From assembly GCF_006345805.1 (NCBI RefSeq), contig NC_043006.1:66030001-66094000 (forward strand): a stretch of DNA of 64,000 bases, in the 5' to 3' direction. The notes beneath the pieces are model-generated. The model was not told the DNA's origin, searched no databases, and saw only the letters and a program-made list of their open reading frames with translations. Origin of the DNA: Octopus sinensis (lineage: Eukaryota). The position numbers and the translations under genes are program-made. Below, piece by piece: positions 13,455 through 26,500 of this stretch (position 1 is the stretch's first letter; each line of letters starts with the position of its first letter).

Positions 13455-14107
13455 GCTGAATTGTCTATGCATTGAATTGTCTATCTGCTGAATTGTCTAT
13501 CTGCTGAATTGTCTATCTGCCGAATTGTCTATCTGCCGAATTGTCTATCTGCCGAATTGTCTATCTGCTGAATTGTCTATCTGCCAAATTGTCTATCTGC
13601 TGAATTGTCTATCTGCCAAATTGTCTATCTGCCAAATTGTCTATCTGCCAAATTGTCTATCTGCTGAATTGTCTATCTGCCAAATTGTCTATCTGCCAAA
13701 TTGTCTATCTGCCGAATTGTCTATCTGCCGAATTGTCTATCTGCTGAATTGTCTATCTGCTGAATTGTCTATCTGCTGAATTGTTTATCTGCCACATTGT
13801 CTATCTGCCAAATTGTCTATCTGCCACATTGGCTATCTGCCACATTGTCTATCTGCTGAATTGTCTATCTGCCGAATTGTCTATCTGCCAAATTGCCTAT
13901 CTGCTGAATTGTCTATCTGCCACATTGTCTATCTGCTGAATTGTCTATCTGCCAAATTGTCTACCTGCTGAAATGTCTATCTGTCAAATTGTCTATCTGC
14001 CAAATTGTCTATCAGCTGAATTGTCTATCTGCCGAATTGTCTATCTGCTGAATTGTCCATCTGCCAAATTGTCTAACTGCCGAATTGTCTATCCGCCAAA
14101 TTGTCTA
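13455..14107. repeat. 16-bp minisatellite (consensus YRAATTGTCTATCTGC), about 40 copies
   Basis: Head-to-tail units with no spacers. Confidence 0.95.
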
Positions 14108-14404
14108 TGTACAGCTATGTATGCTGCAGACCACCTTCTGATGAGCACCATGTCATCTAGAAATATCAGCTGACCAATCCTACACCCACCGACTGTGATA
14201 CTAATTCCACAACAGCTGCACATATCACTCCAATCCATAAACATTACAAAAGTCTTATGGAAGTCTTTATTTCAATTTATTAAATCTAGGAATAATATCT
14301 TTTATTTAATATTATCATTTTCTCCCTTTTATTTCAAAGATCCCAAACACAAGATGTGGAACCCCATAACATATGATATCCCAGGTGACTATACTAGTTG
14401 CTAG

Positions 14405-14705
14405 TACCTTCAGCTTCAGGATACACTCAAAGCCTCACTGGAAAGTTTTGAGATCAACCCTGACTCCTGGGAAACACAAGCAAAAGACTGCCCAGCCTGG
14501 TGAAGCTGCCCCAACAGAGGTACCATCTCCTTCAAATGGAACGAGATTGCAGGGCTACAAAGAAAGCACAAAACTATGCAAATCCAAAACCAGCTTTTTG
14601 CCTTCAGTCCCAGCAAACCACCAGTGCCCTGACCTGTGACAGAGCCTTCTGTGCACACATTGGACTGATTGGCTGCAACTGGACACACCACATCCTGTCT
14701 TATTC
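14405..14705 (+). mobile_element. RTE-BovB-like LINE C-terminal fragment
   Basis: FQDTLKASLESFEINPDSWETQAKDCPAW..TCDRAFCAHIGLIG..TH (across frames) is a BovB-type C-terminus with a CCHH-like finger. Confidence 0.75.
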
Positions 14706-15199
14706 TCCCATTTGATGTTCTTGGTCATTTTCATCAATGATAGACAAACTAATAACAATACCCGCTGATGGTTCTAACACCTTGCTAGTTAACTAGTACT
14801 TCATTATTTTTTTTATCGTTAAAAAAAAAATGTAAAGGTTGAGAGAATCCACTTAAAACCACTGTTGGGTTTCCTTTCCAGTTAAGCAACTCTATATTAA
14901 AACCTTATACTATGTGTAGATTTCTTTCTTTCTATTGTGTCTTACAACTATAGCATACATATATCTATCTATTGTATGCTATAACAAGCATTAAGTCTAT
15001 ATATTGACGTCTATCAATTTATTTCCTCATAATGAATGTATTGTTATGCTTTATTTCATGTGCACATTACAACCAGGGTAGGGCACCAAGGTATTTCAGC
15101 CTTTTAGGTCAGTCCTCTTCATGTACCTGTATGATATGTACCCCTTTCTCCTAGTTCTATACTTTACTCATCCCCTACTATGTACTTTCCATTTTCCAC

Positions 15200-15900
15200 C
15201 TATACAATCTGTGTCCCCTTCTCCCAACCCTACAATTTGTATCTTCTTCTCCCAATCCTCTTCCAACCTTACAATCTGTTTTCTTTTCCCAACCTTACAA
15301 TTTGTGTCCCCTTCTCCCAACCTCACAATCTGTGCCCCCTTCTCCCAATCCTAAAATCTGTGTCCCCTTCTCCAACCCTACACTCTGTGTTTCCTTCTCC
15401 AACCCCACAATCTGTATCCTCTTCTGCCAACCCTACAATCTATGTCCCCTTCTCTCAACCCTACAATCTGTGTCCACTTCTACCAACCCTGCAATCTGTG
15501 TCCCCTTCTCCCAATTCTACAATCTGTGTCCCCTTCTCCCAACCCTACAATCTATGTCTCCTTCTCCCAACCTACAATCTATGCTCCCTTCCCCAACCCT
15601 AAAATCTATCCTCCCTTCTCCCAGCTTTACAATCTGCCCTCTCAGCCTTACAATCTGTTCCCCACTTCTCCTAGCCTTACAATCTGTGTCCCCTTCTCCT
15701 AGCCTTACGATGTATACCCCTTTATTCCAGCTCCTGTTTTTTTTTTATTCCTGCTATGTACAGCAACTTCTTTCAGCCCTGTAATGTATACCTATTTCCC
15801 TCAGCCCTAAAATATGTACTCCCTTCTCTCAGTCCTACAAAATGCTTCCCTCTTCCCATTTCCTAAATGCCTCACATTCTCCCAGTTCTACAAGGTTTGC
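15200..15900. repeat. 28-bp pyrimidine-rich minisatellite (TACAATCTGTGTCCCCTTCTCCCAACCC)
   Basis: About 20 or more diverged tandem units, decaying toward the right edge. Confidence 0.92.
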
Positions 15901-16312
15901 CCAATTCTTCTATCCCTACAGTGTGTTCACCCTTCTCCCATTGATACATGTAAACCCTCAACTCTTCTCTCAGCCCTTACAATATATGTCCCCTTTTCTA
16001 TTTTTCTGTTTCTACAATATTCTCCAGCTATCATTTTCTTTAAACAAGATGAGAAAAAAACGCAGTGGGAAAGATTTATAATTAATTTACAAACGAGAAA
16101 TGTATAATTTTATAGTCATGCATATCACCAAGAAAATTTGTTATCTGGTTAAATTTGAGATGTTTCATGCTGAATCATATGATAGGGTCATAACACCACA
16201 TGTCAGTCACCTCTCTCTGATCCCTCCCCACCGCCTCTGCAGACCATTGTCTTCTTTATGTTTCTATTCCATGTGTGACCTTACTTGTTTTCTTTTCATT
16301 ACCAAATATATA

Positions 16313-16705
16313 GGCATAGGAGTGGCTGTGTGATAAGTAGCTTGCTTACCAAATACATGGCTCTGTGTGGCACCTTGAGCAAGTGTCTTCTACTATAGCC
16401 TTGGGCTGACCAAAGCCTTGTGAGTGGATTTGGTAGATGGAAACTGAAAGAAGCTCGTCGTGTATATGTATATATATGTATGTGTGTGTGTATATATTTG
16501 TGTCTGTGTTTGTCCCCCCACCAACATTGCTTGACAACCGGTGCTGGTGTGTTTATGTCCCCGTAACTTAGCGGTTCGGCAAAAAAGGCCAATAGAATAA
16601 GTACTAGGCTTACAAAGAATAAGTCCTGGGGTTGATTTGCTCGGCTAAAGGTGGTGCTCCAGTATGGCCACAGTCAAATGACTGAAACAGATAAAAGAGT
16701 AAAAA
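16313..16705 (+). mobile_element. tRNA-derived SINE family A
   Basis: Nearly full copy ending GACTGAAACAGATAAAAGAGTAAAA. Confidence 0.85.
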
Positions 16706-17209
16706 AAAGAGTAAAAGAGTAAGTTTTCATTACTGACTGTAAAAAATTTTTCTTTTTATCATCGAGTTTTCATCACCAAGTTTAAAGAAATTTTGGCAAA
16801 ATTGTTTGGAATTTGTATACTATTCCCACACTTTAATATCTGAGGGGAAAGCCTAATTTGTTTAGAACAGTGATTCTCAATCATTTTTTTTTTATCCCTA
16901 TGAACCCCTTTTATTACTGTTTTATTCTAGTCGACCCCTTTATCCATTTGATGTTTAAAAACTAACTTTATAGATACTTTTTTCCAAATTCTTATTTTGT
17001 TCTCCACACACTCACTTGTATTGGTTTGCAGCAGCATCTCCGAGAGAACATGTTTCAATGGCTGGAAACATGTTAAACAAGGGGTCGGAAATTGTTTTGG
17101 CTCAGGGACCACTTTGAGAGGGTTGCACTTATAACTGTTTGTATTCGTTACCTAGCATTACATTCATTTATTGCGAATAGTAAATTACATAATAATAATA
17201 ATAAATAAA

Positions 17210-17433
17210 CAATTGCAGCATGGAAGGTGTTTATAAGCCATTTAAGATACACAAAAACCGTTAGATTCACTTCAATATTTAAATTTAATTTGCAAAAATA
17301 TTTTCGTTGCTTTGAAACTGTGACCTGTTCACTGACAAAATTCCATGCTGCAAATTAAATTTAAATGTTGAAGTGAATCTAACAGTTTTTATGTGTTTTA
17401 AATGGCTTATAAACACCTTTGACGCTGCAATTG
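17210..17433. mobile_element. Fold-back MITE-like element (about 85-bp arms)
   Basis: CAATTGCAGC..GGTGTTTATAAGCCATTTAA.. is mirrored at 17350-17433. A related fragment lies at about 29610-29645. Confidence 0.8.
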
Positions 17434-17554
17434 CTTTTGTTCCAGCACACGATCTCAGATCAGGTCACTTGCTATGCAAGTATATCTCCGTAATAATAAA
17501 CAAATAAAATTGAAACGATTGTGGTACACATAAAAGGTTTCATTATATTTATTT

Positions 17555-17940
17555 ATATGCAAGTTACACATCCGCCAGCACATGTAATTTAACGAGACAA
17601 ATCTAAGCCGTCACACTTATAATTCTTTTGAAATCAGGAGTGAGGTTACTTGTTGAGATCCTCAGCACTTCCTGCAAGTTGATGTCAGTCACAGAGGATC
17701 TATTTTTACACTTGTTGATTTTCATGCAGGAATAACTTTGCTCACAAATCTATGTGGATCCAAAAATAGAAAACATTTTCTCAGCAAATTTCTTCACACA
17801 TGGAAGAAAGAAAGGTGTTAGCCTTGACACTAGCAGTTTAGACTTGGAAAATTTTTTTGGCTTCATGCTTCCATGGGCTGCAGAAAACTCTATGGCAGGC
17901 CATATGTGGTCTCTGGGCAGTAAAATTGCCCACCCCTGTG
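17555..17940 (-). mobile_element. hAT (Charlie/GTF2IRD2-like) deletion derivative
   Basis: TIR CAGGGGTGGGCAA plus dimerisation domain KKFAEKMFSIFGST.ICEQ..CMKINK..RSSVTDINLQEVLRISTSNLTPDF. Confidence 0.85.
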
Positions 17941-18414
17941 TTAAACAATGTAAACTGTCAGAGAAAGAAACTTCACTGTTTTTTGCAAAAAATACATCTA
18001 AAGTAAAATTCTTTGTGGACCCTAAAAACACTACTGCGAACTTCCAATTTATTATTTTCTTATGTGAACTTTCAAAAGTCTTATATAGAGCAAGTATGGT
18101 TCTGGGTTCAGTTCCACTGTATGGTACCTTGGGTAAGTGTCTTCTACTCTAGTCTCGGGTCGAACAAAACCTTGTGAGTGGATTTGGTAGATGGAAACTG
18201 AAAGAAGCCTGTCGTATATATGTATGTGTGTGTGTGTGTCTCTTCCCCCACTACTTGACAACCGGTGCTGGTAGGTTTACGTCCCTGTAACTTAGCATTT
18301 TGGCAAAAAGAGACTGATAGAATAAGTACCAGGCTTAAAAGACAGTAAGTGCCAGGGTTGATTCATTCAACTAAAATTTCTTCAGGAGCCTTGAAGAAAT
18401 TTTAGTCTATGAAA

Positions 18415-19083
18415 GATTTAAAAAATAATATTTTGTAACTAAAGATTTTCAAACTTCGGACACTGGTAGAATGTGTCATATAAAACATCTTTTATTCTTA
18501 GCATTTTTGAGAAAAACATATTTACGAAGTTATTTCATGTTAAAGTTCTCGTATTTTGGTAATTTCAACCAATCAATGACATGTCTTCAGCTGAATAAAA
18601 TTACTGCCGTTGTTTGTCAACAACTATTGGCAGTGTATTTTTCGTTTGTCACTGTTATTTATGACATCATTCATGAATTTGTACTGGTTTTAAGGTTTTA
18701 GGGTTAGGGTTGTAGGGTTAGGGTTTTAGGGTTAGGGTTTTAGGGTTAGGGTTAGAATTTTAGGGTTAGGATTAGGGCTTTAGGGTTAGGGTTAAGGTTT
18801 TAGGGTTAGGGTTAGGGTTTTAGGGTTGTTATAAATAACAGTGACAAACAAAAAATACACCGTTGTTGTTGACAAAACAGCAGTAATTTCATTCAGCTGA
18901 ATACATGTCATTGATTGGTTGAGATTACCGAAATAGGACAACTTTAATGTGAGATAACTTTGTAAATATAAGTTTTTCTCAAAAATTCTAACAGTAAGAC
19001 ACATTGTACCAGTGTCTGAAGTTTGAAAGTGTTTAGTTACAAAAAATTATTTTTTAAATCCGTAGGTCAAAAGGTAAAGATCC
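18415..19083. mobile_element. Fold-back MITE with central degenerate (TTAGGG)n array
   Basis: About 270-bp inverted arms flank TTAGGG/TTTTAGGG repeats at 18690-18826. The right end TCAAAAGGTAAAGATCC resembles that of 27417-28216. Confidence 0.85.
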
Positions 19084-19244
19084 GTAAAAAGCAAAAAAAA
19101 AAAAAATGGAAAGGTATCCTCACCCTAGGTGTCATATGGACCCTAGTTGGGGACCAGTGGTCAAGTGTACATAGCACAAGTCCCCCATACAACCACAGTG
19201 GATGTATTTCACACACTATAATTATAATCTTTTCTTCTGGAGGC

Positions 19245-19622
19245 ACAAGGCCTCAAATTTGTGGGGAGGGGACTAATCGATTAAATTGACCCCAGTGTTT
19301 CACTGGTACTTAATTTATTCACCCCAAAAGAGTGAAAGGCAAAGTTGACCTTGGCAGCATTTGAGCTCAGAACGTAATGGCAGACGAAATACCTATTTCT
19401 TTACTACCCACAAGGGGCTAAACACAGAGAGGAAAAACAAGGACAAATGGATTAAGTCGATTATATTGATCCCAGTGCATAACTGGTACTTATTTAATCG
19501 ACCCCGAAATGATGAAAGGCAAAGTCGACCTTGGCGGAATTTGAACTCAGAATGTAGCGGCAGACGAAATACCGCTAAGCATTTCACCCGACGTGCTAAC
19601 AATTCTGCCAGCTCGCCACCTT
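19245..19622 (-). mobile_element. tRNA-derived SINE family B (two adjacent copies)
   Basis: Head GGCGAGCTGGCAGAA, B-box-like GAGTTCAAATTCC, and a conserved GCCTTTCATC..GGGGTCGATTAAATAAGTACCAG domain. Other copies: 7550, 8255, 29050, 31030-31570, 43660, 45820, 56560. Confidence 0.85.
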
Positions 19623-20199
19623 ACATGCTATAATTATAATGCTTACACTGAATTTACTTTTGTATAAATTGCGTCCTTCATTTAGTGTTAAATCTTGGTA
19701 CAAACTTTTTTCCCTTCACATTCAACTCTAACATCAACTTTGCCCCATGTATTAGTCACAGCCAATGCTGGATTCACCATTGTCCTTAGCTGTGCTTAAG
19801 CACAAGGCCCCATTGATCGGGGGCATCTTCTTCCTACCAAATTCTTTTACAATGAATTTCCTGAGCATGTATCCCTGACTGTCCATATAATGGGCCTCAT
19901 AACTAATACAGGGTCTCATTTGTCTTAAATCTGCACTGGTTGCACCCCAGATATTTTCAGTGCAAATCAGTTATAAGGTTCTGTGACTTACAATATATTT
20001 ATTTATACACCCTATTTTTGACTGTCTGTTTTATACGCTGTAACTATAATGGGAGTATATTGACGTCAATTTACCGTCCACGTCACAATGGATGCATAGT
20101 TATGTCTATACATTGTGCACTTCACAATCATATGCTACACCTAAAATGGTCATGATGTTTTATTTTTGCACCACCAACAATAGAGAGGTTAAAAACAAA

Positions 20200-20447
20200 A
20201 TTAATGGTGCATAATTACTGCGGCTTTTCTTCAATAAATCTTATTCAACAATAACGATAACAACATTTAACAAAAACATCTTTCAATGATTATTCCGGAG
20301 CATATTCACCATCTACTTCAATTACTGCTTCCCATTTGCTTGGCAGAGGATCAGACCGTCATTTAAAGATGTTTTTGTTATATATTGTTATTGTTTTTGC
20401 TGACTAAAATTTATTGAAAAACAGCCCCAATAATTATGCACCAACCT
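20200..20447. mobile_element. Mariner-type MITE with long inverted arms
   Basis: TGGTGCATAATTA ... TAATTATGCACCAACCTAATA mariner-like TIR. A partial copy lies at 26935-27046. Confidence 0.75.
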
Positions 20448-20539
20448 AATAGTAATCCTTTCTATCATAGACATAAGGGGTGTTGGGCTAGTCGATTACA
20501 TTGATTCCAGTGCTCAGCTGGTATTTAAAGAGAAAGTTG

Positions 20540-21010
20540 TTGTTTAATGTCCGCGTTTCATGCTGGCATGTGTTAGATGGTTTCACTAAGAACTGGCAAG
20601 CTGGGAGGCTGCACCAGGCTTCAATCTGATTTGGCAAAGTTTCTACAGCTGGATGCCCTTCCTAATGCCAACCACTCTGGGAGTATAGTGGGTGCTCTTT
20701 ATGAGTCACCGGCATAAAAACATGTTAGGTGACACTCGCATCAGCGATGATTGAATGGTGCTTTTTACATGCCACTGGCACAGAAGCTAGTCAGGTGGCA
20801 CTAGTATCAGACAAGTTTGAATGGTGCTTATTATGTGCTATCAACACAGGAGTCAGTCAGGCAGCACTGGCATCAACCATACTCGAATGGTGCATTTTAT
20901 GTGCCACCAGCATCAGTGCCAGTCAGGTGGCACTAGCATCAGCCACACTTGAATGGTGCATTTTATGTGTCACTGGCACAGGTGCCAGTCAGGCAGCACT
21001 GGCATTAGCT
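20540..21010 (-). mobile_element. RTE 3'UTR fragment with tandem units
   Basis: Same motifs as 23557-23950. Confidence 0.7.
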
Positions 21011-21349
21011 ACATTTTTTTTCAAAGATTGGTACTTTTTCTCTTTTTGTTGAACTGTTTAGTTATGGGGATGTAAACACATCTGCAATGGTTGTCAAGTG
21101 ATGGTGGATGACAGACACAAAGACATACTCACACACACACACTTGCACACATATACACACACATGCATGCGTGCGCACACACACACACACACATGACAAG
21201 CTTCTTCCAGTTTCTATCTCCCAAATCCACTCACACGGCTTCAGTCGGCTCAAGGCAATAGTAGAAGACACATGCCCAAGGTGCCACACAGTGGGACTGA
21301 ACATGGAACCATGTGGTTGGGAAGCAAACTTATTGCCAGACTGCCATGC

Positions 21350-21845
21350 TGGGTCATCATCATCATCATTTAACGTCTGTTGCTCATGCTGGCATGGGTT
21401 AGATGGTTTGACCAGGACTAGTAAGCTGGAAGGCTACACCAAGCTCCAGTCCAATTTGACATGGTTTTCTACAGCTGAATGACCTTCCTGACGCCAACCA
21501 CTCCAAGAGTGAAATGAGTGCTTTTACATGCCACTGGCACAGGTGCCATTTGTGTGACACCGGTATCTATCATGACTGTGATTTTGCATAGTTTGATGGG
21601 TCTTCTTAAGCACGACATAATACCAAAGGTCTTGGTCATTGCCTCTCTGAGGCCCAACACTTGAAAGGAACTCAACCACTTTACCTCTGTAAGGCTCAAT
21701 GCTTGAAAGGAACTCATCCACTTTGCCTTTGTTAGGCCCAACACTCAAAAGGAACTCAGCCACTTTGTTTTCATTAGGCCCAACACTCGAAAGGAACTCA
21801 GCCACTGTCTTCGTGAGGCCCAACACTTGAAAGGAACTAGGCCAC
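21350..21845 (-). mobile_element. RTE 3' fragment with internal ~40-bp tandem expansion
   Basis: RTE 3'UTR followed by five GGCCCAACACTYGAAAGGAACTCAGCCACT units at 21640-21845. Confidence 0.7.
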
Positions 21846-21984
21846 TATTATTTTATTCACCTCAAAACGATGAATGTCAGAATTTGAACTCAGAACAACA
21901 AAAAAAAAAAAAACAGAATAATAATGCACACTATTTTTTTCCCAAAACTGACAATTCTGTCAGTTCACAACCCCATAAAGAATT

Positions 21985-22368
21985 AGTTATCTTGTTGGGA
22001 ACCTTAGTCACAATTTATGTTCCTAACACTATCTTAATGATAACTAAGTTATTTTACTAAATTCTTTATATTTAAAATTACTTAATAGAAACACAGAGCA
22101 TCTCAACAGAAATATGGAAACAAAAGGGTTAACAATGATTAATTTAACCCTTTTGATACCAACCCAGCTGAAACCTCCTCTGGCTTTGTAGTACAAATGT
22201 CTTGTTTTCATAAGTTTTGAATTAAAATCTTCCACCAAACCTTAGTCACACTTTATGTTCCTAACACTACCTGAATGGTAACTAAGTTATTTCACTAAAT
22301 TCTTTGTTATATTTACAATTAATTGAAAGAAACACAGAACATCTCAACAGAAATATGGTAATGAAAGT
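21985..22368 (+). mobile_element. Two tandem piggyBac-like MITE copies
   Basis: AAAGGGTTAA / TTAACCCTTTT ends and a ~140-bp direct repeat. A related element lies at about 51745-51968. Confidence 0.65.
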
Positions 22369-23556
22369 TTTTCTTTTATTTATTTGTTTAAAAAAGGTTT
22401 TCTAAAAATTATTTTTCTATACAACATAAAAAGTAAACAAATTTGTATCGAGGAGAGGGGTGACGAGGTATAAAAGATGTTGAAAAGTAGCATTGTATGT
22501 TTTATCTTCTATTTTATGCTTGTTTCAGTTACTGGGCTGTGGCCATACTGCAGCACCACTTTGAAGAATTTTAGTTCAATGAATCGACTCCAGTACTGTT
22601 TTTGTTTGAAAAAATGTTTAAGCACAGGAGTGGCTTTGTGGTAAGAAGTTTGCTTCCTCACCACATTGTTCTGGGTTCAGTCCTGCTGCATGACACTTTG
22701 GGTAAGTGTATTCTACTATAACCTTGGGCCGACCAAAACTTGTGAGTAGATTTGGTAGATGGAAACTGAAAGAAGCCCGTCTTATATATATTTATGTTAA
22801 TGTTTGTTAAGGACTTTTTTTTTGTGAAGTTTCATTATCTTTCGAAACTTTGAATTTTCCTTCACATATTTTGAAATATTTCCGTTTTTCAAGTATTTAA
22901 TTTTGGTGTGAACTTCTTTATGAAGTGTAGCTTCATTGTTTTTTGGAAGTTTGGGTCATTCCTTGAGCATCTGTAGAAGGGGAAGATTTTGAATTTTCCT
23001 TCTCCACATATTTCCAAATGTTTGCTCAGTGGACCACATCTATACTACTATTCTTTAATGAACACAAAATAGCAAGACCTGGAAATGCAATTATAATTTT
23101 TACTGAAGAAAGTCAGAAACCATATCTGGTTTTTCTATTAAAACCTTGACCAATTCAAATACAAAAATTCTTTTTCCTTTCTCTTCTTTTTCCTCCCCAC
23201 CTTAAAAGGCCACTAAGTACTAGTTTGACCATACAAAAGCCACACCTCTTTACCACCCACTTCTCAAAAAACATTTTTTCTTCTTTCTTCTCCCTTGCTT
23301 GGCAAACCCAAGAAAATTCTTTATAAAAAGGCCAAAGAATCTAAATTTGAACCATTTTTTGATAAATTCAATAATGGAAGAAAGCGATAAAAATATAAAT
23401 GAAATGTAAATAAAAAAAAATATATATAATCATCCAGCATTCTGACTACTTAATTATTCTAAATATATGTGTGTGTGTGTGAGTATATACTCTCTCTCTC
23501 TCTATATATATATACATACACTATCTCTCTCTCTATCTATCTATATATATATATAT

Positions 23557-26500
23557 CATCATCATCATCATCATTTAGCGTCCGCTTTCCATGCTAGCAT
23601 GGGTTGGACGGTTCAACTGGGGTCTGTGAAGCCAGAAGGCTGCATCAGGCCCAGTCTGATCTGGCAGTGTTTCTACGGCTGGATGCCCTTCCTAACACCA
23701 ACCACTCCGTGAGTGTAGTGGGTGCTTTTTACGTGCCACCCGCACAGGTGCCAGACGGAGCTGGCAAACGGCCATGGACGGATGGTGCTTTTTACGTGCC
23801 ACCGGCATGGGGGCCAGGCGAGGCTGGCAACGGCCACGAACGGATGGTGCTTTTTATGTGCCACCATCATGGAGGCCAGTCGGGGTGGAGCTGGCAACGG
23901 CCACGATCGGATAATTCGCTTACTTGTCACAGGCACTGGTATCACAGCTGCAATTTCCATTGATGTTGATCGACTTCAATTTTGGTTCTGCTTTCTGATA
24001 TCTGATTTGATTTGGTTTGATTTTGATTTTGATTTTGATTTTCACTTGCCTCAATGGGTCTTCACAAGTGGAGTTTTGTGTCCCAAGAAGGAAAGGTATG
24101 TATAAGTTGACTGGCTACATACCAGGTAGAGGCAACAGGTTATGGTCTCACTAGTCTTGCCGGGTCTTCTCACGCACAGCATACTTCCATAGGTCTCGGT
24201 CTCTAGTCATTTCCTTGGTGAGACCTAAAATTCGAAGGTCGTGCTTCACCACCTCATCCCAGGTTTTCCTGGGTCTGCCTCTTCCACAGGTTCCCTCAAC
24301 CGCTAGGGTGTGGCACTTTTGCTCACAACTATCTTCAGCCATTCTCTTCACATGACCATACCAGCGCAAACGTCTCTCTTGCACACCACAACTGATGCTT
24401 CTTAGGTCCAACTTTTCTCTCAAGGTACTTACACTCTGTCGAGTATGAACACTGACATTACACATCCATCGGAGCATACTGGCTTCATTTCTTGCAAGCT
24501 TACGCATATCCTCAGCAGTTACAGCCCATGTTTCACTACCATGTAGCATGGCTGTTCATACACATGCATCATACAGTCTGCCTTTTACTGTGAGCGAGAG
24601 GCCTTTTGTCACCAGCAGGGGTAAGAGCTCTCTGAACTTTGCCCAGGCTATTCTTACTCTAGCAGTTACACTTTCAGCACACCCGCCCCCGCTACTGACT
24701 TGGTCACCTAGGTAGCGGAAGCTATCAACTACTTCTAGTTTTTTTCCCTGGAACGTGGTAGAAGTTGGTCTCTGCACATTTTCAGTGTTTATTGCTCCTG
24801 AGCATCTGCCACAGACAAAAACTATTTTCCTAGTTAGCCTTCCTTTGACATTGCTGCACCTCTTATGTGTCCATAGCTTACACTTGGTGCACCTTATAAA
24901 GTTTCTACCTACACCTTTTTTACAGATCGAGCAGGGCCATCTGCCTGAAGGCGTTTGTGATTGGTCTACCTTCCTACTTATTAGGACTTTGGTTTTGGCT
25001 TGGTTGATTCTAAGGCCCTTCGATTCTAATCCTTGCTTCCACACCTGATAGTGACTCAGCAATTAGAGCAAGGTCATCAGCATAGAGGAGCTCCCAGGGG
25101 CATCCTGTCTTGAATTCCTCCGTTATTGCCTGGAGGACTATGATAAATAGGAGGGGACCGAGGACTGAACCTTGGTGGACCCCAACCTCTACCCGGAATT
25201 CTTCACTGTACTCGTTGCCAACCCTCACCTTACTAGCAGCGTCTCTGTACATGGCTCGCACAGCTCTCACTAACCATTCATCTATCCCTAGTTTCCTCAT
25301 TGACCACCAGATAAGGGATCGGGGGACCCTGTCGAAGGCTTTCTCCATGTCAGCAAAAGCCAGGTACAGGGGCTTATCTTTGGCTAGGTATTTCTCCTGT
25401 AGCTGTCTTACCAGGAATATAGCATCAGTAGTACTTTTCCCTGGCACGAACCCAAACTGCATCTCATCTAAGCTAACTCTCTCTCTAATTAGTTGGGCTA
25501 TAACCCTCTCCGTAACCTTCATTACCTGATCCAGCAGCTTGATACCCCTGTAGTTATTTGTATCTAGGGCGTCACCTTTACCTTTGTAGTAGTTGACTAT
25601 TATGCTGCTACACCAGTCATTGGGAATGACTCCTTCGTGTATCACCTAGTTAACTATACGGGTGACTAGGCTATAACCTACACTACCAGATATTTTGAGC
25701 ATCTCTGCAGTAATTCCTGATGGGCCTGGGGCTTTCCCTGTCTTCATGCTTGTAATTGCCTTAACTAAGGAATTGTCAACTCGGATTGCTGGTCCCTCTG
25801 TTGGGTCAACATTCGGCAGACTCTCTTTATCCCATTCATTTTCCTCATTCAGCAACCTTTCATAGTGGCGTCTCCAAACCTCTCTCTTTGCATCCTCATT
25901 TAGCGCAAGTGAACCATCATCCTTGCGAACACATTTCTCTCCTACTACATCATGATTCTCTCTCACACACTGTCTTGCAACACGAAATACCTCAAGTCTT
26001 TCATCCTCACGGCGCAGAACATTGGCAAATTTTTTCTTATCTGCTTCCCCTCTGGCTAAATACACCTGCCTCCTAGCTTCCCTTCTGGCAGTCTGATACA
26101 CTTCCCTGCTACCACCGTTCTTCCAGTCCTTCCAAGCCTGTTTCTTTTGTCTAATAGTCCTGTCAACAATATTGTTCCACCACCACGTTATTTTGGGTCT
26201 TGAGTCTTGAGGGGATTTTGCACTAGCCACAAATCTGGTCAGTGGCTTTCAGCAGGTTGTCCCTTAGAAGCGTCCAGTTGTCTTCTACCCCATGTGTAGC
26301 TATACCCCCTTCTATTTCGTCAAAGGCTTCAAGTAACATGTCTCTAAATCTCTGTCCATTCGCAGGATCTTTAAGTTTCCAGACCCTTCTTCTCCATGTT
26401 GGTCGTCTTCTAGTCGTCCTCTTAGTCCTGATCCTAAAGTCACTAACTACCAGTCTATGTTGTGGGGTACATTTTTCGCCTGGGAAAGTTTTGGCATTTA

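Noticed and set aside
13455-15900. CRISPR-like appearance of the 16- and 28-bp arrays (and the 61-bp array at 58630)
   Set aside because: The units are contiguous with no unique spacers, the context is eukaryotic, and there are no cas genes.
17295-17350. Possible degenerate hammerhead in the loop of the 17210-17433 fold-back (minus strand)
   Set aside because: The core reads GTGAACA rather than CTGANGA, and stem I is unconvincing.
18690-18826. True telomere or chromosome-fusion site
   Set aside because: The array is short, degenerate and enclosed by MITE arms.
19690-19990. Possible Gypsy integrase remnant on the minus strand
   Set aside because: Only a vague resemblance across multiple stops, with no intact HHCC or DDE motif.
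19992-20140. Minus-strand exon candidate with a perfect GTAAGT donor
   Set aside because: Poor pyrimidine tract and stops in all frames, so likely chance.
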